Below are positions 9,253-18,201 of a stretch of DNA of 64,000 nt, piece after piece. The position numbers were made by a program, and so were the translations under genes. A model generated the notes under the pieces. The model was given only the letters and a program-made list of their open reading frames with translations, did not search any database and was not told where the DNA came from. The stretch lies in the IMG/VR virus record IMGVR_UViG_3300035491_000116, positions 2,239-66,238 of that record, one strand, 5' to 3'. This stretch comes from a virus. Position 1 is the stretch's first letter; each line of letters starts with the position of its first letter.

Positions 9253-9890
9253 AGTGACTCCTCCGCCCGCTCGATGATCCAATCCAGCAGCTCCCAGCGG
9301 TCACGACCTTGCTGGGTGTCGCGGCCCCAGTCAGCCTCTGAAACCCCGCCGTCCGGGTCTGGAACCGGGTAGCAGAAAGCCCCACTGTGCTTAGGCCAGC
9401 CGGCAGCGAGTTGGCGCACTGCCGTGTAGAGGCTGACACCGAGTTCGTAGGCGTCAAGTATGTCATCCAGATTGGAGCAGATGCCTTGGTAACTTATCGT
9501 CGGCCCGTACTTCCTCAGGCGCTTCATACCCTCAACGATCTCTTTCACACTGCCCGGTCTGTCCTCGACAAACCTATCCCATGTAGCATCCAACGCCGAG
9601 GACAGGCCATAGGTTAAGTTGGCAATCAGCTCCGCGGCCGAGTTGCCCCACACGACCAGGAAAGAGCCGCGCCGGGCCGTGCCTTCAACGTCGTTGGTAA
9701 AGTGGAGCCAGCACTCCTCAACCTGATTGGCCTTGATCATCGCCTCGACATGCGAGAGGCCTTCAGCAGGCTCCCTGCCGTCGCCGTCGTCAATCTCCGT
9801 GAGTCGCCATCCACGGTAGTCCAGCTCCGCGATGGTGCGGACCAGGGCGAAGCGCTCCGCCGCGGTGTAGAACACATTTGCTTCAGTCAT
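9249..9890 (-). CDS. hypothetical protein (213 aa)
   Basis: AAGGAG RBS; coupled. Confidence 0.7.
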   Translation of the reverse strand: MTEANVFYTAAERFALVRTIAELDYRGWRLTEIDDGDGREPAEGLSHVEAMIKANQVEECWLHFTNDVEGTARRGSFLVVWGNSAAELIANLTYGLSSALDATWDRFVEDRPGSVKEIVEGMKRLRKYGPTISYQGICSNLDDILDAYELGVSLYTAVRQLAAGWPKHSGAFCYPVPDPDGGVSEADWGRDTQQGRDRWELLDWIIERAEESL

Positions 9891-10111
9891 TTGGCTTGCT
9901 CCTTGGTCTTTCTGGTTGGCTCCACGACTACTGCCGCAAACGTCGATGAGCTGAATTTGGTGCTACGGATTTCCCTCGCACATTTATTGAGCGCTGCGGC
10001 TACCTTTTTTGCCTGCTTGGCGTCGAGGTAGACCGTCTCCCCGTCAACACCGAGGAAAGACACAGCGGCCCTGTCGAAGAAGCGGTGGATGCCTACGCGC
10101 ACCTGGTTCAT
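9887..10111 (-). CDS. hypothetical protein (start MNQVRVG)
   Basis: ATGA overlaps at both ends. Confidence 0.6.
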   Translation of the reverse strand: MNQVRVGIHRFFDRAAVSFLGVDGETVYLDAKQAKKVAAALNKCAREIRSTKFSSSTFAAVVVEPTRKTKEQAK

Positions 10112-11193
10112 ACCGGTAGCCCCAGTTGGTTGTGGCTGTAGATCACCAGCGCGTCCCGCACCTTGTCGCGCTCTACGTTGCGGGTCAGCTCCAGTCCGGC
10201 TTCGTCGTAGCCGACCCATTCGCTGCCGTCCCACTGGATATGTGGGTCAGTCCAGTGGGGTACGCGGTGAACAGACAGCTCGAAGACGTCGAAGAGGTCT
10301 CGGTTGGCAGCGACGGGGTTGGACAAGCAGACGCTGGTCATGTTGGGGTATGATTTGCTGACGATCAGGTAAGCGTCGGGGAAGTCGCTGACGGGCAGTT
10401 GATCGGCGTTGCTTGGGTACGTGTCGATCAGCTCTCGTGCTTTATCCAGGGCTTGGCTAGCTGCTACTGGGCCTTGCCCGAACACGTTCATGAAGTGCCT
10501 CAAGTGTCCGGAGACATCTGCGAGCGCGGCGACTAGCGCTTTCGACCCTTTGCCGGCTCCTTTCGGCGCTTCCAGAGCGTGGTCATTGGGTTCTCTCATC
10601 AGCTTCTTCAGCTCGCAGCGGACCCACTCGTCAGCGTCCTTCAAGGCCCCGGTATCTCTGGCTTCCGAGTAATCCTTCTCACACTTCTGCTGGAACTCCC
10701 AAGCCTCTCTGAGGCCTTTTAGCGGACTAGCCGGCTGTTCGCCCGTGTTGGCCGCATACGTCACCGGCACCTGCTTCAGACCGGTGAGGATCTCGTAGGG
10801 CTGGAAGGAGCTGGAAGGGAAGACCGTTCGAGTCTCGAACAGGTGATTGTTCGACAGTTCCTCGAACCGGCCGTGGTCACAGGTTGCGAAGTCATCCTGT
10901 CCCTTTCTGCGGTACAAGTAGACTGGCGGCGCCTCCGGCAACTCCGCCAGCATGGCCTTGTAGATCAGGACGGCGATGGTGCCCTTGCTGATCACATGGT
11001 CCTTGGTGCGTAGCTCTGCCTCGTCGCCCATCCACGCGGGTATCTCATGGCCGAGATTGCCCAGATGCTCCACCAGCGTGGATGGCGTGTGCTTGTTGCT
11101 CGGGTAGGAACGCATCCACCACACAATACTGCGGGCGAGGCCACCCCACTGGGCCTCCGTGGGGTTGAATGGGGCGATTACGTGTTTGGTCAT
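10108..11193 (-). CDS. multi-domain hypothetical protein (361 aa)
   Basis: Long ORF coupled at both ends. Confidence 0.75.
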   Translation of the reverse strand: MTKHVIAPFNPTEAQWGGLARSIVWWMRSYPSNKHTPSTLVEHLGNLGHEIPAWMGDEAELRTKDHVISKGTIAVLIYKAMLAELPEAPPVYLYRRKGQDDFATCDHGRFEELSNNHLFETRTVFPSSSFQPYEILTGLKQVPVTYAANTGEQPASPLKGLREAWEFQQKCEKDYSEARDTGALKDADEWVRCELKKLMREPNDHALEAPKGAGKGSKALVAALADVSGHLRHFMNVFGQGPVAASQALDKARELIDTYPSNADQLPVSDFPDAYLIVSKSYPNMTSVCLSNPVAANRDLFDVFELSVHRVPHWTDPHIQWDGSEWVGYDEAGLELTRNVERDKVRDALVIYSHNQLGLPV

Positions 11194-11591
11194 TTTGGTT
11201 CCCTGGGAAGGTTTCGGGAGAGGTCGAGGGGATGCACACCGAACAGGTTGGCCATCGGCACCTGTAGTTGCTTGCGAAGGGTGTCCAGAGTCAGCTGCAG
11301 CGTCTGAATACGGGCCTGCTCCTCCGTCATCCCGTCCATCATGGCGGCTGCGGCGTTGTAGGCGTCGTCATCGACATAGGGGAGTTCCCCGTAGCCACGG
11401 AAGCTATACCCGATAAGCTGGGCGAGTTGCTGGTGGTCCTCCCGGGAGTAGTCACCCCGGGCGATCTCGTTGAGACCAAACCCGTGTTCCGTAGCGAAGT
11501 CGAGGAGGTCTCTGACGATCTTGTTCTGCAGGAACCGCGTGTTTCCTGCCTCGTCGACGACGAGGGGCTGGATTGGGGGCTTCTTGGTCAT
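11190..11591 (-). CDS. conserved phage hypothetical protein (RFxxNxIVxxLLD ... QLAQLIGYS)
   Basis: Recognisable motif family; AAGGAC RBS. Confidence 0.75.
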   Translation of the reverse strand: MTKKPPIQPLVVDEAGNTRFLQNKIVRDLLDFATEHGFGLNEIARGDYSREDHQQLAQLIGYSFRGYGELPYVDDDAYNAAAAMMDGMTEEQARIQTLQLTLDTLRKQLQVPMANLFGVHPLDLSRNLPREPK

Positions 11592-11770
11592 TGCTTTGTC
11601 CTTACGTTGCTCATTGATGGCTGGCGGCCTTCCTCCAGCGCCTTGGTGTGTTCTTCCCGCATGGCCGGCGTCCAGGCTGACATTGGGGAGCCGAAGTCCA
11701 CGCACTGGTCCCAGCGCTGTGCCTGAGCAGTCCAGAAGGAGTAGGGCGGCATTCCGCTACGGGTAGTCAT
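11588..11770 (-). CDS. hypothetical protein (60 aa)
   Basis: Coupled at both ends. Confidence 0.55.
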   Translation of the reverse strand: MTTRSGMPPYSFWTAQAQRWDQCVDFGSPMSAWTPAMREEHTKALEEGRQPSMSNVRTKQ

Positions 11771-12147
11771 GCGGCTTTCCTCTCGTAGTCCCGAACCAAG
11801 ATGAACCAGAGCTTTTTCACCTTCTCCGGCTCATCACCGAACATCCACTCCCGGATCGTCTTCTCGATGACCTTGCGGGTGACCGGCTCGTTGTCACTGA
11901 ACAAGGGGCTGATGTACTTGCTGGTGCGCACGTCAACGGTGTAGGTCTCGCCGTCTCGGGTCTTGTACGTCACCTCTTTGGTGGCCCGCTCGATGGTGTC
12001 GAACAGGCCTCCGCTGCCATCAGCGAACTTGACCCACACCTCCAGTACAGTGGCGGGGCCTTGCTGGGCTGCCCACTGGCGCATGGCGGAGTGGAGGCCG
12101 TGGTCGGTGTGGAAGTCGCGGGCTTTCGGTTTAGGTGTTCTGGGCAT
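11767..12147 (-). CDS. hypothetical protein (126 aa)
   Basis: GGAGG RBS; coupled. Confidence 0.7.
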   Translation of the reverse strand: MPRTPKPKARDFHTDHGLHSAMRQWAAQQGPATVLEVWVKFADGSGGLFDTIERATKEVTYKTRDGETYTVDVRTSKYISPLFSDNEPVTRKVIEKTIREWMFGDEPEKVKKLWFILVRDYERKAA

Positions 12148-12595
12148 TGGCTTCTGCCTCCATCATTCGTTCGTGAAGCTGCATCAGTTCATCGTGTTCA
12201 GCCCGGTATTCAGCCCGCTCCTTCAGGAAGTTGTCGAACGTAATCTCTCCGTCAGGGGCGTAGATGAAAACCCGGATTTGGGTATGGCCACCACGGTCAA
12301 AATCGTCAGCGATCTTCCAGACCAGCGTGCCAGGCTTGAAGTCTTGGAGGATCGGCAGGCGCTCTTGCCTGAGGACGTGCTCGGCCAGGTCGAAGTCCTC
12401 ATAAGCTCCGTACCACTCAGGGGAGAACTGCTCGAAGGTCTCGCTAACGATGGCAGGGATGTCTACCTGCAAGCAGTAGCAGATGTCGTCCAGGGTTAGC
12501 TTCGCCGGGGGTTTAGGGTCACCTTCACTGCGGAAGAACACCCATTCGATCAGCTCCTTGAGCTGTTCCTTGGTTTCAACCCTTACCATGTGCAT
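12131..12595 (-). CDS. hypothetical protein (154 aa)
   Basis: AAGGAG RBS; overlaps neighbours. Confidence 0.7.
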   Translation of the reverse strand: MHMVRVETKEQLKELIEWVFFRSEGDPKPPAKLTLDDICYCLQVDIPAIVSETFEQFSPEWYGAYEDFDLAEHVLRQERLPILQDFKPGTLVWKIADDFDRGGHTQIRVFIYAPDGEITFDNFLKERAEYRAEHDELMQLHERMMEAEANAQNT

Positions 12596-13046
12596 CGGTA
12601 TGCTCCTTGAATGATTCGTTGAGCATGTCCAGCATCCGGTCTTCGCCTACTCGGTGCAGCGTCTCAAAGCAGTGGTTGCAGCCGACCCAGAGCAGGGTGC
12701 GGATCTCATTGAGCTTGTGCCTGCCGTCCTGTACCCCGGCGGCTCCGACGGGGCGCAGGTTCCACGACAAGTCGGTGCTCCCGCAGAAGCTGCAGCGGGT
12801 GTCTCTGAAGGAGGACGGGGTCGATTCACTGCGCAGCGTCAAGCTGATCAGTCCCCGGTCATGCTCGGCCATGTTGTCGATCGCCTCCGCTACCGTCTGG
12901 TCGAACTGACCCTGCTCCTCCAGCTGGGCGCTGGTGCCATAGTTGAGCTGGGCATGGGAGCAGGCCTCGGCGCTGCGGAGAATGTCACGCAGGTCCTTGA
13001 GGGAAAGGCGGCCGAGGTAGGCTGTGAGGATTCTGGCGTGGTTCAT
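12576..13046 (-). CDS. zinc-ribbon protein (CSFC ... CNHC)
   Basis: Two CxxC pairs; GAGG RBS. Confidence 0.7.
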   Translation of the reverse strand: MNHARILTAYLGRLSLKDLRDILRSAEACSHAQLNYGTSAQLEEQGQFDQTVAEAIDNMAEHDRGLISLTLRSESTPSSFRDTRCSFCGSTDLSWNLRPVGAAGVQDGRHKLNEIRTLLWVGCNHCFETLHRVGEDRMLDMLNESFKEHTDAHGKG

Positions 13047-13273
13047 TGATCTGATACCTCGTAGTCAGGGTGCCAATGGACCCGGAAGTCGTCGAAGTCC
13101 CGCCGGGTCGCCTGGCGGTACTGGTGCGGGTAAACCGGGAAGATGAGGCCGTCCAGGTTGGTGGTGCCGATGGCGCCTCGGAGCACACTGGCGTGGAGGA
13201 TCTCGACGCTGTAGAACTCCTTGCCTTCCCGGAGCAGCCCCAGGGTGTGGCCTTTGTAGACGACGGCCTTCAT
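13043..13273 (-). CDS. hypothetical protein (76 aa)
   Basis: Coupled ORF. Confidence 0.7.
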   Translation of the reverse strand: MKAVVYKGHTLGLLREGKEFYSVEILHASVLRGAIGTTNLDGLIFPVYPHQYRQATRRDFDDFRVHWHPDYEVSDQ

Positions 13274-13557
13274 TGGTCTGGCTCCGGTCGGTTAAGCACC
13301 TCGAAAACGTGGAAGACTAGGCCGTTCTGCATCTGCACGGTGCCAATGAAGGCGAGGTCTACGCCTTCGGGAAGGTTGTGGCCGGTACCTGCCACGATGA
13401 TCTCTCGGGCTTCGTAGGCACGGTGGCTGTCGTCCACCTTGGCCCAGAGAAATATCTGGTCACCTTGGGCACCGACGGACAGGATCCCTGACTCAGCCGG
13501 CATGCTGATTACCTCTTGCGCCGTGTGGATGAGGTATTTCCAGACTCTGTAGGTCAT
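13270..13557 (-). CDS. conserved phage protein (VWKY...LWAKVD...GTG...FIGTVQ...LVFHVFE; DUF7352-like)
   Basis: Widespread small phage family motif; GGAGG RBS. Confidence 0.75.
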   Translation of the reverse strand: MTYRVWKYLIHTAQEVISMPAESGILSVGAQGDQIFLWAKVDDSHRAYEAREIIVAGTGHNLPEGVDLAFIGTVQMQNGLVFHVFEVLNRPEPDQ

Positions 13558-13568
13558 GGGTTAGCCTC

Positions 13569-13985
13569 CTACGCGATGAACTCACGGATGCGGGCGGCGA
13601 CCTCTTCCGCTCTGGTTCCTTCTTCTCCCGTGTAGCTATCCGGGGAGAAAAGGTGCCGGGCTTCCTCGTAGTAGATGCCGAAGAAATCCTCTACCGCGTC
13701 CCAGCCGGACGAGTATCGGTAAGAGGGGAGGTCCTCGTATGCCCGCAGCCCTTGCTCGTTGAACCAAGGGTCGAGGCAGGCATAGCCAACCGCACAGGCG
13801 ACCGTGCCGCACTCGTGGTGCTCCACCTCGTCCTCTGACAGGCCGGAGGCTACAGCGGTGTCCTTCACGTCCATGAAGCAGAGGTCTTGGGTCTTATGGA
13901 CCCAGACGGAAAGGTTGAATGGCCTACGTTCCAACGCCACCTTGTCCAGCAGCTCTGCCAATTTCGTCAGTCGTTCAATATTCAT
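13569..13985 (-). CDS. conserved phage protein (CGTVACAVG motif)
   Basis: Start MNIERL; FNLSVW and CGTxAC motifs. Confidence 0.75.
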   Translation of the reverse strand: MNIERLTKLAELLDKVALERRPFNLSVWVHKTQDLCFMDVKDTAVASGLSEDEVEHHECGTVACAVGYACLDPWFNEQGLRAYEDLPSYRYSSGWDAVEDFFGIYYEEARHLFSPDSYTGEEGTRAEEVAARIREFIA

Positions 13986-14716
13986 TGTCTTGGTTCTCTT
14001 CGGTTGGTGAGGTTTCGATGGGGTCGATGTCGGGTTCGCCCATCTCGTAGAAGCACTCCTCGTCCGGGTGGTACCCCTCCCAGAGCCGCACCTCTGCATG
14101 CAGCGGGCTGCCACGTTCAGTCGTGATGATCACGTCCAGTATTTGGCGGGAGGAGAGGTCACACTCGAGCGCCTTCACCTTGTTCTCCAAGTCGAAGAAC
14201 AATTCGGCCATGGCCTGTGAGTTGCCGTAGCGCTTCTCAGCCCAGAGGTAGCCGAGGTTGGCCCACTCGCCGACCTTGTAGCTGAGCCTGTTCCACGGGT
14301 ACTCAGGCTGGTGGCGGTCAAGGAATCCCTGCACCATCGCCTCCAGGTCGGCCGAGTCCGCCTTGTCGCCCCGCGGTATCTCAAACAGGTCGTAGGCCTC
14401 AGCCGGGTCGGGCAGATCGCTCAGTTGGAATCCGAAGTCCTCCGCCTCGATCAAGCCGTGAAGCTCCATGCCCAGCCCAACGGGGTTGGTGAAGTTCACC
14501 CCTGTCAGGCACTCATACCCACCTTCGTACCGGCCAAAGATGATGGCCCCGAACGCAGCAATCTCTGCGGCTGGGCCTCTCAGTCCGGGCGGGTGTTCGA
14601 GCAGGTCATGGGCGGCGGTAAGGGAATCCCCGGGGGTGAAGTAGTCAGGGGGCGTTGTGCTCCAGCCACCCAGGCGGGTCGCCGTCGGGGCGGTAGATCA
14701 ATTGGTGCTCAGTCAT
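13975..14716 (-). CDS. hypothetical protein split by a +1 frameshift at CCC-TGA (14650-14645); programmed frameshift or pseudogene
   Basis: ATG at 14716 has a strong AAGGAG RBS and gives 23 aa ending CCC TGA; the +1 frame is open from there to 13975 and has no ATG/GTG/TTG before 14499. Confidence 0.55.
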
Positions 14717-14764
14717 CGGGTTGCTCCTTGAAGGCCCGGCCTTACGCTTGGCCGTGTTTACGGC

Positions 14765-15316
14765 TTAACGGTCCCACCCAAGCCGCTGCGCCTGATGCAT
14801 CAGTACCTCGTACAGGTCATCAGCGATCCGCTGGGCCAGCTCGGCGTCACTCAGGTGGCCGCTGCGCTCCAGCCTGCCGGAGTAGGAGAGCTCCACCTGA
14901 TTCGGGGTCTTGTCGTGGTAGGTCTGGCAGAACCCCAGCACCCACTGGTAGTCGTCGTCATCGGCACCTACCGGCTTGGCTGCCCACAGCTCGGCGCTGA
15001 TGTGCGGGTAAAAGTCGGCGTCGAACAGCTGGCTGGCTGGCAGGATCTCAGGCTCGCCGTCCTGGCCGTAGGCCACGTCGCTGATCAGGCAGCCGACCGC
15101 GCACATGGCACCGTCGTCACCTCGGTAGGCGCACCCTTCTAGGGGTTCCCGGTTGGTGAAAGACCGCCGGCGCTGGGTGGCAAGGTGCGTGGCCATCTTG
15201 TCCACGATCGGGGCGAAGATGGCCAGCCTGCCGATGAGGTTGGTGGGTGGGGAGTAGACCGGCTGGTAAGGGGTGAGATTCATGGTTTTGACTCTCGGTT
15301 TTTGAGTGAGATTCAT
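14765..15316 (-). CDS. conserved phage protein (CAYR...CAVGCLI motif)
   Basis: Motif C-x-Y-R-G-x4-CAVGCLI; GAGGA RBS. Confidence 0.75.
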   Translation of the reverse strand: MNLTQKPRVKTMNLTPYQPVYSPPTNLIGRLAIFAPIVDKMATHLATQRRRSFTNREPLEGCAYRGDDGAMCAVGCLISDVAYGQDGEPEILPASQLFDADFYPHISAELWAAKPVGADDDDYQWVLGFCQTYHDKTPNQVELSYSGRLERSGHLSDAELAQRIADDLYEVLMHQAQRLGWDR

Positions 15317-15326
15317 GGGGTTATCC

Positions 15327-16466
15327 TCAGTCAGTGAGCGACAGTTCCGCCGCCAGTTTTCCTGTCACCCAGCCGAACTCCGGCATGAGGGACTTCTCGA
15401 CGTTGGGCCGGCTGTCCTCGGCGCGGATGAACCCCAGCACCTTGCAGCGGTCCTCCCACACCGACAGCTCCGCCTCCGCCAGTGCCTCCGCTGCCCGCTG
15501 AATCTGGATCGACCAGATGCGGTATGCCGGGCTCGGGTTGAATCCCTCCGTGAGCTGGTTGGCAAGGTGATGGGCCTCCTCAGCCGTGATGAACGTCACC
15601 TTCCGGCGGAGCAGATCATCCACGGCGTAGGACAGGAACGAGGCCGGGGTGATGCCCACGTTCTGCGACAGGGCGAGCAGCTGGGCCGCCGTCATCTTCC
15701 CGTGCCGGTTTTCCCGCCACGCCCGGCAGATAACCAGACGCTGGGCCAGGACGAGGCGCGGGGTGTCGATCAAGGTGCTGCCATCCCACGGCGCATAGGC
15801 CACCGCATTGCGCACCTCCTCGTGGGTCACCGGCTCATCGTACTCATAGGGCGCCGGCAGCTCGGTGGCGTTGGCCTTCTCAACCGCGAAGTCCAGGTAC
15901 GGGGCGACGACATCGAAGCGCACCGGTTCCATTGCCACCATCTTGGCGAACGGCTCGGTGCCGGGACGCTCCAGCAACGCCTTGATGACGTTGCTGCCCT
16001 TGCGCCGCTCCTTGATCGGTGTGTCGGCGTAGGGCAGGGGGCAGTAGTAGGGCCGGTTGAACGCCTTGAGATAGGCGTCCTGTGCCCGACCAAACCCGGT
16101 GAGACGCAGCGCCGACACCCCTTGGGCATCGACGAAGCTGCCCATAGAGGCGTTCAACATCTGCAACGCCAGCAGCGGGGAGATGGCTTGGAGGTGCTCC
16201 GGCAGGTCGGCCAGGCCCTTGTACGCATTCTCCCTGACGGCCTTGGTCGGCCATTGCCGGTGGCGCAGCGCCGACCAGTTCGGGCGGCCATGGCTGCGAA
16301 ATAGCAGGTTGAAGGTGCTGCGGTTGGTGGGGGTCGGCTCCTTGTAGACGTCAGGCGGGGTGACGTCGTGGCCGAGGGCAGTGAGGAGGTTGTACTCCCA
16401 GCTGCGAAGGCCTGCTTCCTCATCTTCTGGAGTGCAGGTATTACGCAGGGTTTGGTAGGTTTTCAT
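15327..16466 (-). CDS. hypothetical protein (379 aa), first gene of the long early operon
   Basis: Long ORF with AAGGA RBS. Confidence 0.75.
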   Translation of the reverse strand: MKTYQTLRNTCTPEDEEAGLRSWEYNLLTALGHDVTPPDVYKEPTPTNRSTFNLLFRSHGRPNWSALRHRQWPTKAVRENAYKGLADLPEHLQAISPLLALQMLNASMGSFVDAQGVSALRLTGFGRAQDAYLKAFNRPYYCPLPYADTPIKERRKGSNVIKALLERPGTEPFAKMVAMEPVRFDVVAPYLDFAVEKANATELPAPYEYDEPVTHEEVRNAVAYAPWDGSTLIDTPRLVLAQRLVICRAWRENRHGKMTAAQLLALSQNVGITPASFLSYAVDDLLRRKVTFITAEEAHHLANQLTEGFNPSPAYRIWSIQIQRAAEALAEAELSVWEDRCKVLGFIRAEDSRPNVEKSLMPEFGWVTGKLAAELSLTD

Positions 16467-17219
16467 GCGATTCCTTGGGGCTTAAAAAAGTCGGAATGAA
16501 ACAAGCACTTTTTTTGTCCGCCGGTGGAGCAGCGAGTCCTAAGCTGTCGCCTAGTGTTAGCAAATGTCTCCTAGTGGATGCGATTGTCACCGGTATTAAA
16601 AAATCCCGAACACGGTGTTCAGTATCTTTTACGATATTCGCAAGTGCTTGATTTTACTGGGTTATTTCCTGTCCACAAGTGGACGCTGTAGTGGTGTGAA
16701 TGAGTACAAATTGCGACCTTAACGGGGGTTTCAGGCGAATTTCTGGGGTCGTTGGCACCTTGGTTGACGGGGAAGGCGACAGTTTTGGATGACGGGCTTG
16801 GTCAGCGGATGAGAGCTGTTCTCATTCTGGGACCAGATTTGGGCTAAATCAGGCTGAGATTGATGTGATTGATTATGGGCTGGATAGGCCGAGATAGAGG
16901 CTTTCCGAGTCAATCAAGCAGCGTGATGTCGTGAGGAGGTAGGAAGTGGCTGGGGGTTTGGTTGTTTTTTCGTAGAGACTCTGCGCTGAAACGCCTAATA
17001 GACTTTCAAAAAAACTTCTGCCGAAAAAATTTTTTCGGCGCTCCCAGAGCAAATTCTGGAGAATCTATGGAAAAACACACACCACAACCATCACAAAACG
17101 ATCCCCTATATATATATAAATAAACAATAATTATATTTATATATTATAAGGGGCCGTTATATTGCTCCTTTCATATTACCGGCCCGTTATATAACCCAAA
17201 CCCAATACAAAACTCTCAA
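16467..17219. other. structured non-coding block with palindromes and a 43-nt AT-only core (candidate origin or control region)
   Basis: No credible ORF; perfect 20-bp palindrome 17020-17039; 17107-17149 is all A/T except one C. Confidence 0.6.
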
Positions 17220-17504
17220 TCAAGCCCAGGGCTTGAGGTTGTTCCTACCACGCTGCCCAAACCCGAACCCGCGCCGACGCACCGGGCCGGAGCCGAACTC
17301 GTGCCGCTTCCAACCCGGCTGCTTGCGCCCAATCAGCCAGCAGACCGCTGCGGCACCGAGGATCATCAAACACAACGCCAGCCACAGCCCCAGGAAGGCC
17401 GCTGCCGGCGCTGAAAGGTCGAAGGTGCACCCAACCCACAGGGCCAGTTCCTGCGTAACGCTGGGCGACGCTGGGGACGCCTCACAGAATTGGTTTACAG
17501 GCAT
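17220..17504 (-). CDS. small single-pass membrane protein (94 aa)
   Basis: AAGGAG RBS; hydrophobic stretch AFLGLWLALCLMILGAAAVCWLIG followed by a basic tail. Confidence 0.6.
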   Translation of the reverse strand: MPVNQFCEASPASPSVTQELALWVGCTFDLSAPAAAFLGLWLALCLMILGAAAVCWLIGRKQPGWKRHEFGSGPVRRRGFGFGQRGRNNLKPWA

Positions 17505-17719
17505 GTCAGGTGCTCCTTGAGGTCGCTGGGGACCTCGCTGATGACCTTGGAGCCGGAGACGCCGCTGGTGCCGTAGCTGCACAGCACCCCGGCGACCTTG
17601 GTGAGTGCACACGGGATCGAACCGTGCGCGGTGGCTGGGAACCAAACAAGGCCCGGGAAGGCCTCTGCGGCTTCAGCTGCGAGCTGCTCAGCGGCGACGT
17701 CGGTATCAATGCGGGTCAT
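17495..17719 (-). CDS. hypothetical protein (74 aa)
   Basis: GGGAG RBS; overlaps the next gene. Confidence 0.6.
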   Translation of the reverse strand: MTRIDTDVAAEQLAAEAAEAFPGLVWFPATAHGSIPCALTKVAGVLCSYGTSGVSGSKVISEVPSDLKEHLTCL

Positions 17720-17724
17720 GGCGG

Positions 17725-18069
17725 TTACTCCCTGATCAGTCTGGTGACGCCGACGATGCGGCCGTTTTGGTCCCGGATCGGGCCGTCATTGGGGCCGGTA
17801 CCGGGGGCGAGGACGTCAGGCCGGCTGATACCGGCGGTTTTGAGGGCCTTGAGCACCAAGCTGGAGGTGACGTAGTGGACGCCCTCCTGCGGCTCTGGCA
17901 GGCCCTCGACCTCGCTGAAGGCGTTTTCGTAGACCGGCATTCCGCCGACCTCACCAACGAACACCGAGGAGGATCTGACACGGGCAAGCTGGCCGCTGAC
18001 CGGCAGCTCGACCACGCCGTCGGCGGTGTAGAGGGTCAGGGCGTGAGGGGTCATGTTGATCAGTTGCAT
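17725..18069 (-). CDS. NxTPH-motif protein, candidate Crn4-like cyclic-oligoadenylate ring nuclease
   Basis: LINMTPH ... SGQLARV ... LPEPQEGVHYVTSSLV ... RPDVLAP ... IRDQNGRIVG; family assignment is from memory. Confidence 0.5.
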   Translation of the reverse strand: MQLINMTPHALTLYTADGVVELPVSGQLARVRSSSVFVGEVGGMPVYENAFSEVEGLPEPQEGVHYVTSSLVLKALKTAGISRPDVLAPGTGPNDGPIRDQNGRIVGVTRLIRE

Positions 18070-18201
18070 AATTTTTTCCTTTTCGGGTAGCCACCTTTGC
18101 GGCTACCCGTCTTTGCGGTATTGATGGCCACCTTTGCGGCCGTTCGTCTCCGGCTTTCAGTGTTCAGGATAGCGAACAGCCGGTTTTGATACTTGCCGTG
18201 T

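Noticed and set aside
15273-15318. 13-nt direct repeat giving MNLT twice, 33 nt apart
   Set aside because: Probably a small local duplication giving two possible starts; no further evidence of function.
15306-16304. Long plus-strand ORF (332 aa), and similar antisense ORFs such as 27685-28917, 34152-34886 and 46824-47969
   Set aside because: They are shadows of well-supported genes on the opposite strand, expected in GC-rich DNA; no RBS or motifs.
16608-16620. GAAC-N5-GTTC as a Gram-positive LexA box
   Set aside because: Spacer is 5 rather than 4 nt, and the spanins, lipoproteins and CTGT-N8-ACAG box point to a Gram-negative host.
17020-17039. Palindrome as a protelomerase (tel) site
   Set aside because: Shorter than known tel sites and no protelomerase gene in the window; kept only as part of the origin-like block.
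17107-17170. AT-rich core as a XerCD dif site
   Set aside because: No recognisable XerD arm (TTATGTTAAAT).
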